This document shows, one piece after another, positions 12,936 through 25,624 of a stretch of DNA of 64,000 nt. The translations under genes and the position numbers were made by a program. The stretch comes from Octopus sinensis (Eukaryota). The stretch covers positions 86,924,001 to 86,988,000 of the forward strand of contig NC_043004.1 in NCBI RefSeq assembly GCF_006345805.1, in the 5' to 3' direction. The notes beneath the pieces were generated by a model, which saw nothing but the letters and a program-made list of their open reading frames with translations, ran no database searches and was not told the DNA's origin. Each line of letters starts with the position of its first letter. The first letter of the stretch is position 1.

Positions 12936-13521
12936 TTATATCATAGAATTAGGGATGCTTTCAGGTGGGTTGATATCAAAAGCTAAATAAGTTGAACTGA
13001 AGGGATTTACTATAGCAAAGCTTAGTCAGAGAGTGAAATCACCATAGACAGCTGTAAGAGTAGAAATAATAGATAGGTTATCAACTGAAAAAATTTTGAA
13101 TAGGTACGGTAATAGATGGTGATGAAAATGAACATTTCTATGAAGAATGTGGCAATCCAGAAAGAGCTAGCAGCAGCAATGGTGGTGTGGAAGACAGAGA
13201 TTGATGGCCTCATTGTTAATAGTAAAATAAACACAATCTTCCACTCATCAAGAAATATTTCACATTAGTGATTAATTAGTTTTAAAGTGCAGAGTAGTGA
13301 GCTGACAAGGGGGACACACATACATGTATATATACTCTTTTACTTGTTTCAGTCATTTGACTGGAGCACTGCTTTTAGTCGAGCAAATCGACCCCAGGAC
13401 TTATTCTTTAGTTTGATCGATGCCTTTATAGTGTAATTTGTTAGATGGAATATGTGTTGTATTCTAATACACCAGCAAACGATATCTTAAAACTAATTCT
13501 TCCCTATATGTATATATATAT

Positions 13522-13911
13522 ACTCTTTTACTTATTTCAGTCATTTGACTGTGGCCATGCTGGAGCAGCGCCTTTAGTCAAGCAAATCGACCCCAGGACT
13601 TATTCTTTGTAAGCCTAGTACTTATTCTATTGATCTCTTTTGCCAAACCGCTAAGTTACAGGGACATAAACACACCAGCATCAGTTGTCAAGTGATGTTG
13701 GGGGGACAAACACAGACGCACAAACACATACACACACATACATATATATGACAGGCTTCTTTCAGTTTCTGTCTACCAAATCCACTCGCAAGGCTTTGGT
13801 CAGCCCGAGCCTATAGTAGAAGACACTTGCCCAAAGTGCCACGCAGTGGGACTGAACCCAGAACGATGTGGTTGGTAAGCAAGCTACTTACCACACAGCC
13901 ACTCCTGTGCC
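13522..13911 (-). mobile_element. SINE family A, full length
   Basis: Reverse complement matches the head, body and tail of 27861-28250. Confidence 0.88.
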
Positions 13912-14044
13912 TATGTCAATAAAATGAACAAAGGGCACTAATCAGCACCAGTATTGCTAGAAATAAGAGTCAAAACAACTCAATAGCAACAGAAGCACTA
14001 CCTTAATGAGTTAACAAGGGAGACACACACACATATATAGTAAA

Positions 14045-14215
14045 TCCAAAAAAAAACAACGGGAGGACATGGTACATGTAAAGTATTAGCAAACGCTCAG
14101 GGAAGGAAAGAAAGATGGTTTAACATTTTGAGCAATGCTCTTCTTCAGAAACAGGAAAAGTCGAACAAAAGGGAAGAAAATTGCCAACGATTCACATGTT
14201 ACATTTTGAAATATA
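14045..14215 (-). mobile_element. Penelope-like pLTR fragment with a decayed minimal type I hammerhead (14118-14152)
   Basis: Minus strand: gttt CTGAAGA a gagc att gctc (A)AAA tgtt aaac. The GAAA has mutated to AAAA, consistent with CpG decay; flanked by TA/CA repeats. Confidence 0.6.
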
Positions 14216-14559
14216 TACATACACTCTTTCCCCTCTGAATTTAATGAGTTTGTGATGTACCACCAGTTTTCACAGTATATTACGGAGATCAGTGAGCTGT
14301 ACAGGCAGTTAGGACTTGGTAATTCCTTTGAAATATCTGCAAAAGTAGCTGGAATGTAAACCAACCTTGTGGACAATTCATATGGAACATTTCTAGTAGA
14401 TGTGTACTAAAATTTTGTTAATGCACAAATATTAATTCAACAATTTATTAACATAGGCACAGGTGTGACTGTATGGAAAGAAGTTTGCTTCCCAAGTACA
14501 ATGGTTCTGACCAAAGCCTTGTGAGTGGATTTGGTAGACAGAAATTGAAAGAAGCCTGT

Positions 14560-14591
<32 letters not shown>

Positions 14592-14592
<1 letters not shown>

Positions 14593-15811
14593 TGGGTCAT
14601 TCCATAATGCAGTTTTTTCAATTGCATGAACTAAAAGTTGGAGGGGAATGAGATAAACTACCTGCATCAACTTGCTATAAAAGCAGGTAGTAATTTTACT
14701 TTGTACTTATTCTTAGTGCAAGTTTTGAAGAGTGCAGTTCGATTTTTTCAGAGCTATAATAGAAATAACAAAGGAGAATATTTGGTTTATTTCGTTTTAT
14801 GAGTTTAATAAAGGCAACAACGCAACTGAAATTGTGAGGAATATTAATGTAGTACATGGGGTTCGGACAATAAGCGTAAGCCAGTGTCAACAGTGGTTCC
14901 AAAAATTCCAAGCCAGAAACTACAGCCTAGAAGATTAACCTCATCCTGGAAGATCTGTAGAGCTCAATGAGGACATCCTGCAAACCTTGGTGGAACAAAA
15001 TCCTATCATAACTGTTGAGGAACTAGCAGAGCAGCTTGGATTTGGTCATTCAACCATTCATTGGCACCTGTGTGCCATGGGAAAAGTCAGCAAATTGGGT
15101 CAATGTGTTCTTCACCATGCAGAGGGTGAACGTGTGCTCTTCTTTGCTGTTGTGTCTCATGAATGAACCTTTTCTAGACTGAATAGTGACTGGTGATGAA
15201 AAATGGCTTCTCTATAAAAATGTTAGTTGCTGAACACAGTGGGTAGGGAAAGGAGAAATACTAGCACTCCAGGTTAAAGGTCTTCACCCACATAAGGTGT
15301 TGTTATCTGTTTGGTGGGATATGAAAGGTTTAGTCTACTTTGAACTTTTAAACTCAAGCCAAACAATAACAAAGGAGATCTACTGCGAGCAATTTGGGTG
15401 ACTTAAGTCAGCGCTAGAAGATAAACAACCATCTTTGGTTTTAAGACAAAAGGTCTTCTTCCATCAGGATAATGCTTGTTCACATACAGTGAAGATGACA
15501 TTCCAAAGGCTGGAGCAGTTTGAATGGGAAACAACGCCCCACCAACCATATTCACCGGAAATTGCCCCATCTGATTATCATTTATTCCACAGTCTTCAAA
15601 ATCATTTGGACAGAAAATACATGAATTCTGTAGTGAAGGTTGGAACAGTACTGGAGGAGTATTTTTCATCACAGACAAGTGAATTTTGGAAGAATAGAAG
15701 AACATTAGAAAATGAAAGAGAGCATATTTTAGATTTAAAAAAAAACTTTGTCTTAAATTTTGAAAAATAAAAGAAGTATAAAAAAACGACATTATTTATG
15801 GGATGACCCTA
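14592..15811 (+). mobile_element. Full-length decayed mariner (DD34D) transposon; transposase pseudogene ~14759-15770
   Basis: TIRs ttgggtcattccataa and ttatgggatgacccta within TA dinucleotides. Peptides: N-terminal HTH (FYEFNKGNNATEIVRNI), IVTGDEKW, HPHKVLLSVWW, HQDNA, HQPYSPEIAPSDYHLF. Several stops and frameshifts. Confidence 0.95.
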
Positions 15812-17589
15812 TATATATATATATATATATGCAATGACCAAGACCTTTGGTAATATGCTGTGCTTGAGAAGACCCATCAAGCCAAGAGAAATCATAGTCA
15901 TTGTGGATACTGGTGTCATGCAAATGGCACCTGTGCCAGTGACACATAAAAGCATCCACTACACCCTTGGAGTGGTTGATGTTAGGAAGGGCCTCCAACC
16001 ATAGAAAACCATGCCAAATCAGACTGGAGTCTGGTGCAGCCCCCTCAGCTTACCATCCCTGGTCAAACTGTCCAACCTGTGCCAGCATGGACAACGGACA
16101 TTAAAAGATGATGATAATGACGATGTGTGTGTGTATCTGTGTTTGTCCCTTCTCCACTGCTTGACAACTGGTTTTGTGTGTTTACATCCCCATACTTAGT
16201 AGTTTGGTAAAAGAGATTGATAGAATAAGTACTAAGCTTAAAACATTACTGGACTCAATTCATTCGACTCAATATTCTTCAAGGTGATGTCCCAGCATGA
16301 CTGTAGTCTAATGAATGAAACAAGTAAAAAAAATAATAAATAACTAAAAGATAGCATGGAGTTATGACAAAAGCTGCTAAAAGATTGATCTGGGTGTTTG
16401 CAAAACCCCACTAAGCATATCAGATGATGGTGTTAAACAGGGTATTATAATTTACTGTTTATTAAAATTGCTTTGTTTGATCAAGTTAGAGAGGAATATT
16501 CAAGTAAGACTGATTGCATGTCAAAGCAATTAAACTGAAGTAATAATTTACATGTTCTAAATCCTTGGACAGCTTTGATCATAAATCAGACAATTTATGG
16601 TAAAATGGCAATAAATCAGATACTTGAAGCTTTCCAGGAAGAACATAGGAAGTTTAACCATTTATGTATATTATACATTGTTGTTGTATGTGCAGGCATG
16701 TCTATGTGATTAAAAACATTTGCCTCCCGACCACATGGTTTCAGGTTGAATCCCACTACATGGTACCTTGGGCAGGTGCTTTTTGCTATAACTTCAGGCC
16801 AACAAAAGCTTTGTGAGTGGATTTGCTGAACAAAAACTGAAAGAAGTGCATCATAAATGCATGTGTGTGTGTGCTTGTTCCTGAATTTTGACACGATAGT
16901 TGTAAATAAGCATCACTGTCATACAAGCAGTGTTGTTCATTTCCAATATTCTCTGAAAACAAGCGAGAGTATGCAACAGGAAGGGATTTGAGCTATAGGA
17001 AATCTGCCACTAAAAATTCTGTCTGATCCTTGGAAGCATGGAAAAGCAGGATGATAAATTCTGCTGAGAACTGTGTCAATCCCTGGTTCAAATAGCTTCA
17101 CTAACTGCACATAATTAGTATTCACTTAATTGGAATTGATAAAAATTTCTCTTCTAATTTTTTACCTTGGGCTTAAATTTTTCAATCACCTGACAAGAAT
17201 GGCTACTATGTTTTCAGCTTCTAGCTAGATATATTTTATATAGCTTTGACTAACAAAAACGAAGTTTACCTTTTGGGATGTGATTTTGGCAAAGTTATAG
17301 GTATGCATAGTTGCTGTGGAAAGATGCTTCAATATCTCTTATATTTATGCCACAACTGTTTGTGTGGTTAATATGTGTCATAATACAAATACACTTGATG
17401 AAAATAAATACACAGTATAACATTTAAAGTGGCTATACAATCAAATATGATTGTTACTTGACATTAAACACCAATTTGGTTGTTTATCAAGCTTGCATCC
17501 TCAGTACTCTTCTATCTAATAACAAAACATGGTTAATATATATCATCTAAGATAGATACTTAAATGTCTCTCACATAATCTGTCTTGGA

Positions 17590-18060
17590 AAAATCTTGAG
17601 TATCACATAAGAAGACTATGTCACCAACTCTGACATTTTTGGCAGAACAGGGTTTACGGTCACATCTCCAAACCTCAGTGGCATTACCTGTAATGGCTTG
17701 GTCATGAGTGCTATATGGATGAAAGCTATATCTTTAAGGATCTATTATATGTCCAGCTTAAGTGCAGATTCACACCAAATAGGCTATCCCTACCTGAGAT
17801 ATGAGGATGCACACAAAAGGGCCTTCATGTAGAGCACATTGAAATTTAGTAATGAAAGAACATAACCTCAAATCATTTATTCTAGAAGCATGTTGTGAAG
17901 ACAGTGGAGAAAACAGCAAAGGACATTAATTTCAACTTTGAGCACTAAGGAGATGAAGATAGAAAGCATCAGCTCCACACAGTGATTCAGTTTTCATTTA
18001 AGGCTGCCACAATAAGGACTGTCACTTTCAAATAGGCCTACACAATCATTTGCAAATGTT
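17590..18060 (+). mobile_element. Highly degenerate RTE-like LINE ORF2 C-terminal remnant
   Basis: cattacctgtaatggcttggtcat...atggatgaa...tttaaggatctattatat resembles L.WLGH...MD....KDLLY. Confidence 0.45.
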
Positions 18061-20660
18061 ATACAGTAACTAGACCAATTCAAAAATGACTGGTGTTAGG
18101 AAGGGCATCCAGCTGTAGAAACCTTTCCAAAACAGACAATGGAATCTGGTGTGGCTCCTGGCCTTGCCAACTCCTGTCAAACTGTCCAACCCATTCTAGC
18201 ATGGAGGGAAGACGTTAAATGATGATTCCTCCCTTCTTACACCCACATTATGCCAGCGTAATGAGGGTGTAAGAAAAAGAGAGAAGACAAAAAGAAATTT
18301 CCAGCGCCTTCTGAGACACACCAAAGCCATCAACAATGAAGACTTAATATAAAATTGACTTTGTTTCTAAAGTCTATTATTTATGTTCACCCATTGTTTC
18401 CCTATTGTTTAGCAATACATTGTTTATATTAAAATTCATTACTTTATAATATTTTTTCGTTTTGGGTAATAAATTAATGATTGTTGGAGCAAAATATAAA
18501 CTTCTTTTCATGAGGTAGTTTGTGTGTGTGTGTCTGTGTGTATGAGTATGTGTGTGAGAGAGAGAAAATAAAATCAATTGAATCAACATCAAAAGGATGA
18601 AAGGCAAAGTTAACGTTGGCAGAAATCTTAAGTTGGAATATAGATTTCTGCCAATTCACCAATCTGGTTGTGCAAAATAAATTATTTTATTTCTTACGCT
18701 AATGGAAGTCCAACAAATGCTGTAATTTGTCATATATTTATGAGCAAACAATTTATTTCCCTTTTCCAGTTTGAAAAATGAGCAGTAATTGTATTTCCTA
18801 ATTTAATTTCACTTTATTTCAAAGACACTAGCAGTTTTTATATCAGCATGGCCACATGCTGAATATCATAAAATGGATTTTGGCTAGTTATGCATATGTC
18901 TAGGGACATTTTGCACAGATTGGAGTATAGTTGACTGAATTGAGTCAGTGTATTACTGGTAATTATTTTAATAGCCCCAGAGTTATGTAACGCAAAAATC
19001 AATACTGGTATTGTTTAAATTAATTGAATCCAATGCTAATTTACTAACTCATAATACTAGTTACATTTATTTCTTACACTGGCATAAAGCCACAGAGTTT
19101 CAGTGATGGGTGTATAATCAATTATATTGATGTTAGTACTTGGCTAGTATTTGTTTTATTAATCCAAGAATGATGAAAGAGATTTGGATCATTCCTCCAC
19201 ATCGTCCACCTTTCATACACCAGAATGTTTTTCTCTATGCTCACTTTCCATGTCATCATGGCAAGTTTCCATTCACTAAGCAGTAGGCCAGTTTTTGAAC
19301 AGAAGTAGATCTGATAGATTACACATACACTCAGCAATCCTACTGATTTTATCAACTCACAAGGAAATGAAGGCAAAAATTGACCCTTGAAGGATTTAAA
19401 TGCCTTCATCATCTCACTATTTCCTTTCATCTAGTGAAGCCATGTATTCAGCTCTTCAGCAAGACACCTGTTCCTGTTTCTCTATCATACTTGCACCTCT
19501 TTTGGTTTCCAAGCAAGGTAATAATTCCCTCATGGCAAGACATGATTTTGTAGAATAGTGGAAATGAATAAGAATGCTTGTATAAAATGTGACACTCATT
19601 TACAATCATCATGTAATGTCATGACAAAGAGACCCAAGCACACAGACATACATACATATGATGAGGTCCTTTCAGTTTCCATCTACCAAACCCACTCACA
19701 AAGCTTTAAGTCAGCCTGGGGCTATAGTAGTACTGTCACACAGTGGAACTGAACCTCAAACAATGTGGTTGGGAAGCAAACTTCTTAACTGTAGTATAAT
19801 TTCATCTTAAAGAAAATTGCTGATAAGCATTTCTAATATTCATATATGATCATAAATCTTTAATAATATATCATCTCCAGAATGAATGATATAAAATTAC
19901 AGATGTGTGACTATTTTGCCTTACTGAGATTTGAACCCACAACATAGAGAAATGGACCTAAAAAACTAACAGACATTTAGCCTAGATTTCTTTGATTTCT
20001 GTTTCACCACAGCTCTTGATTGGCACAAAGCCATGGCTTTATAGAAGATAAGCTATTCACGCTTCATACTTATTTTATCGACCAGAGAGCAATATTAATT
20101 GAAATTGATTCCAGCAGACCGGAATACAGAAGCACATTTTGTCCAGCGCTTATCATCTCAACTACTACAATGCTCTTCTTTGCCAAATAATAGTAAAAAT
20201 ATTAAGAATGGCAATATAAACAAAACTAATTCAAATTTATAACAGCAACATGAACAAATTAAATAAAATACATAATGGAAATATGAATTAAATTCAATTA
20301 ACTAAATTAAATTAAATAGGCATAGCTGTGTGGTTAAAAAGCTTGCTTTGCAACCATATGGCCTTGGTAGACAGTGGAAGCATGTCATGTATGTGTGTGT
20401 CCCACTGCTTGACAACTGGTGATGGTTTGTTTACATCCCCAGTTCAGCAAAAGAGACTGGTAGAATAAGTAACAGACTTAGAATATAAGTACTGGAGTTG
20501 ATTTACTTGACTAAATCCTTTAAGGGGATGCCCCAGCATGACCATAGACCATAGACCAGTGACTGAAACAAGTAAAAGAATATAGGGACAAATATATTTG
20601 TAAATAGTAACTAATTAGTAAAATATGTAATGATAATAGAAATTGATTAAATTAAATATA

Positions 20661-20877
20661 TTCTTTTCTACTCAAGGTACAAGGCCCAAAATTTTGTGGA
20701 GAGGGAGCCAGTCGGTTAGATCAACCCCAGTACGCAACTGGTGCTTAATTTATCGACCCTGAAAGGATGAAAAGCAAAGTTGACCTCAGCAGAATTTGAA
20801 TTCAGAACATAAAAACAGACAAAATACTACTTAGCATTTCGCCCGGTGTGCTTACGTTTCTGCCAGCTGGCCACCTT
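20661..20877 (-). mobile_element. SINE family B
   Basis: Reverse complement of head ggtggccagctggcagaaacg, core ttttcatcctttcagggtcgataaattaagcaccag. Confidence 0.8.
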
Positions 20878-21104
20878 TTTAAATCAAATATATTAAATGC
20901 ACTTCTTACCACACAGTTACTATATTAATAAAATAAAGTACTAATAAATTAGTCAACCACACACACCTCCACCAAATCTGTCACTCTCTGAATATAGACG
21001 TTTTCACTTGAAATAGTAAATTATCAAATGTTTTTAAGGTATAAGTGTAATCTTTATTTTAATTTCTAAGAGTACCATATGAGTGTGATTGTTGCAAGAG
21101 CAAC

Positions 21105-21524
21105 AAACTGGCCTCCGTGCTGGTGGCACATAAAAAGCACCATTCGAGCATGATTGTTACCTGCGTCGCCTTACTGGCACTTGTGCTGGTGGCACGTGAA
21201 AAGACATTCGAGTGAGGTCGTTGCCAGTGTCGCTGGATTGGCTCCTGTGCAGGTGGCACATAAAAAGCACCATTTGAGCGTGGCCATTGCCAGTACCACC
21301 TGACTGGCCCTCATGCTGGTGGTTACATAAAAGCACCCACTACACTCTCGGAGTGGTTGGCATTAGGAAGGGCATACAGCTGTAGAAACTCTGCCAGATC
21401 AGATTGGAGTCTGGTGCAGCCATCTGTTTTGCCAGTCCTCAGTCAAATCGTCCAACACATGCTAGCATGGAAAGCGGACATTAAATGATGATGATGATGA
21501 TGATGATGACGATGATGATGATGA
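21105..21524 (+). mobile_element. RTE 3' UTR fragment with tandem units and long (GAT)n tail
   Basis: Four to five units of (gc)tggtggcac(g/a)taaaaagcacc, then the shared RTE tail and (gat)n. Confidence 0.75.
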
Positions 21525-22014
21525 TTTAATTCTCTTTGTTACCATACTTTTGTTGAAATACACTGGTGTCATTTCAGTTAATTTTTGAAAATGTGCAAGT
21601 TTATTATCAAGCTGGTGTTTGAAACATAAATCAACCTGAAATTTTGATGGAAAATTTCAATTGAGATCACTTTAAAGCAAGCAATTTGCATCATAAACCC
21701 AGGGACGTTGGTACCAAAAGGTTTAATATCCTTCCAACTACAATGCCATAGTTTTCTAAATCATTGGTTTTATTAAAATATCATATTAAATATATAAATG
21801 TATTGGCAGAATTGGTACCGTGACAGACAAAAATGCCCGGTGTTGCTTAATTGCATATTTTTATGCTCTGAGTTCAAGCGCCACAAAGATTGACTATTTT
21901 TTACCTTTGTAGGTTCAATAAGATCAGTACAAGTTGAGGACTGATTCAATCTAATTGATCATACACATTCCTTGAAATTGATGCTTTGTTCCTATATTAG
22001 AAATCAACATGATA

Positions 22015-22250
22015 AGGTGGCGAGCTGGCAGAAACGTTAGCACGCTGGGTGAAATGCTTAGCATTACTTCATCTGCCGCTACATTCTGAGTTAAAAATTC
22101 CACCAAGGTCAACTTTGCCTTTCATCCTTTCAGGGTTGATTAAATAAGTACCAGTTATGCACTGGGGTTGATAAAATTGACTTAATCCGTTTGTCTGTCC
22201 TTGTTTGTCCCCTCAGTGTGTAGCCCTTTGTGGGCAGTAAAGAAATAAGA
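22015..22250 (+). mobile_element. SINE family B, full length with target-site duplication
   Basis: Head ggtggcgagctggcagaaacgttagc; tail gccctttgtgggcagtaaagaaat; agaaatcaacat occurs on both sides. Confidence 0.85.
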
Positions 22251-23889
22251 AATCAACATTAACTTATTTAAGATATAATGTATAACAGTGATTTTGACTC
22301 ATTAATTTACGAATAATATATAGACAGTTGCATACAAAAGTGCTGGTCACTTAAAGTGGATGGAACTTGTGGAAGAGGAAGACCTAGAAAGATATGGGAT
22401 GAAATATTGGAGGTTGATCTCAAGACACTGATCCTTATGAAAGAGATGACAAAGGTCCATGATATCTGGTACCTTGCTGTATTCAAGAAGACCCATCCAC
22501 CACAGCAGAATTGATATTGATGCTGGTGCCACATAAAAAGTACCTAGTACACTCTGTGGAGTGGTTGACATTAGGAAGGGCATCCAGGTGTAGAAATCAT
22601 GCCAGAACAGACAATGGAGCTTGGTGTGGCCTCTGGTCTTACCAGTTCTTGAGAAACTGTCCAACCCATGCCAGCATGGAAAACAAACATTAAATGATGA
22701 TGATGATATAATTTTTATCATCAGCCTTAGGACACATAAGACTGATTGCCTGGTTTCCATGGCTATAAGTAACAAAGATCACAGCATTTTCCTGAAGAGG
22801 ATGCCAGTCTGTTGCAGGGTTCATGGCCAGTAATTGTGAGGGAAAGGGATAAGCCAATTACATTGACCCCCCAATACTTGACTGCTACTTCAGGGATGAA
22901 AAGCAAAGTTGGCCTCAGAGAGGTTTGAACTCAGTATGAAAAACATTGGAAGAAACACTGCAAAGCATTTTTGACTAATATGCAAACGATTTTGTCAGCT
23001 TCGCTACATTACATGGAATGACACAAACACAATGCCACTTGATATTTAACTAAGAACCTTTACATTTTGAGTGCACATATTGCCAAGGTCAACTTTATTT
23101 TTCATGATTTCAGGGTCAATAAAATAAAGTAATGTGATTAGTTTCCTCGAAATGTAAAGTTTTGTGCAAATATTAAAAATCAAAGTTAATTAAATTAAAA
23201 TCTAATTAATATATAAAAGCAACTAATTAATTACCATATAATAACAATTGAATGACAAGACAATAGAGTCTCTCTAGGAACTCCAGCAAGTTATTCCCAT
23301 ACAAATGTGTCCAGTTGTACATTCACTCATCTGTGTATAAATAATTATGGAGCAGATAGCTCTACAATAATTACTCCACATGTGATATCAAATATTTTTT
23401 TGTTGGCTGGCATTGACCCGTTTCTCTGCTAAGCTGTTGAAAATTATTATACATTGACATTAACAGAAGTGACAGAAGCAGACAGGCCTGCTGCAATAGC
23501 AACAGCTACAATACTATCAACAACAAGAACAGTAGTAACAAGCATGCTGGAGAATGGAATATTGAAGGTAATAATTTTTTTTTTTTGGCTTCTTCAAAAA
23601 CCTGCTATGAACGAAATGTAACACTGTAATATATAACAAGCTATTCTATTAAGCGTAACAGACATCTGTCTAGAAAATGACTTTGTTATGTGTAATTAAG
23701 TATACGGTTCTGTTAGATGTTAGATGTCAGTAATAATATGCTACTTAAGAAATTCAGCATAACTTTATAATCCAATAAAACTTTTATGTAAGTGTCATTT
23801 TCCCTTTCCTTATTCCTCCAATATCTGATTGATCTTTACTATTTCTATCATTATTTGTAACATTTTACTTGCTTTCTCGCTCCCTTTCT

Positions 23890-23893
<4 letters not shown>

Positions 23894-23932
<39 letters not shown>

Positions 23933-24061
23933 TACATATGTTTCTATGTATAAATTTCTATGTCAAATTTCTTTCCTACCTTATACACACATACACTTGA
24001 GTACTCTGAGATATTTCTATATGGAAATAAAGTAATGAACACACACACACACATACACACA

Positions 24062-24124
<63 letters not shown>
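23894..24124. repeat. (TA)n and long (CA)n microsatellites
   Basis: Directly visible. Similar tracts occur at ~8040, 28958, 36720, 40300, 45615, 46380, 53885 and 58715. Confidence 0.95.
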
Positions 24125-24126
<2 letters not shown>

Positions 24127-25589
24127 TGATAGTGGAGGTGGATGACTGAAAGCATGGTATCCAGAGAAAGAAGAGGTTGGAAAAGGTCAAAGTAGCTACT
24201 GCCTGTACTAGCAACAAATGATCTCTCCCTCAAAGTGAAGCGGTGGGGGAATTATGTGATACATGTGCATGAGGTGAGATGCTGCATGGCACTGAAACAT
24301 GGGTCTTGAATGCAGAGGATCTGAAAAGACAAGAAAGAAATGAAACAAGCATACTTCACTGGATGTGTAATGATAAGGCACATGAATGATGGAATACAAA
24401 TAAGTTTTGAAAAAACTGAACATAAGAGGAATCATATATACAGGTATATGATGCATCTGAAAGATAACAGCTGTATAGAGAAGTACCACATGTTCAAAAT
24501 GAATGGAATCTGCGGAAAATGGAAACTGAGGAAAACTTTGGATGAAGTGATGGAGATTGAGCTCAAGATGTTACATCTCACAAATGAGATGAAAAAGTAC
24601 CATGTTGATTGTGGATATTCAACGCTGGAGAAGACCCAACTACATGTGCAAGCACGGAAAATTGAATAACAAAAATGATTGTAGTGATAAAGCCTAAAAG
24701 GCATTTTATATATATATCTTTTACTCATTACAGTCATTAGACTGTGGCCATGCTGGGGCACCACCTCGAAGAATTTTAGTTAAAGGAATCAACCTCAGTA
24801 CTTATACTATCACTCCCTTTGGAGCTAAATTACAGGGATGTTAACACACCAACACCAGTTGTCAAGTGATGGTGGGAGACAAACACAGACTAACAGACAC
24901 ATGCACATATATATATACACAAGAGGTTTTCTTCAGTTTGCCAACCAAATCCATTCGCAAGGCTTTGGTCAGCCTGATGGGTATAGAAGGCACTAGCCCA
25001 AAGTGCCATGCAGTGGCACTGAATCTGGAGCCAAGTTGTTGGGAAGTAAACTTCTTATCATACACCCACACCTGCATCTATATATATATATAGTCATGTA
25101 AATGTGCATAAACAACAAATTAGGGATTCATCTCTTAGGAATGTCCCAAGCCACAAACATCTAGATATTTGTGCAAATGGAAAATTTAAAATATTCCCAT
25201 TTTACAAAATAAATGATAAAAATGATCAAATATGAATGGCAAGAGAAGAATACTTTATAAGAATTCTAAATCTTACATATTCCCTTTTTACAAAATATTA
25301 GATAAAAATTATTAACAATGAAAGACAAAGGAAGAATACTTTATGAAAACCCTAAGTCTGAAAATAAACTGGAAGTAGTTAATACTACCACTACTCCAAA
25401 AATAACAACTTTCTCTTTCATACATTATCCAAGAACATATGTTTGAAAAGATAATCGAAAGCACCTACTCACACTTGAAAGAAACTTCTTCCACAAAGGT
25501 TAGTGACATTCTGATAAAGAATTTATAGCTTAAAAAAACCCCAGCTTTTTTTATACTTATTAAAACTGTATTAAGCAATTTTCACAAAG

Positions 25590-25624
<35 letters not shown>

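Noticed and set aside
23270-23560. Short Cys-rich or hydrophobic minus-strand frames after AG acceptors
   Set aside because: Too short, no recognisable homology and no linkable exons.
23829-24233. ORFs rich in YI, HT or CV repeats (here and at ~28900, 32700, 40200, 45030, 46380, 47960)
   Set aside because: Translations of (TA)n and (CA)n microsatellites.
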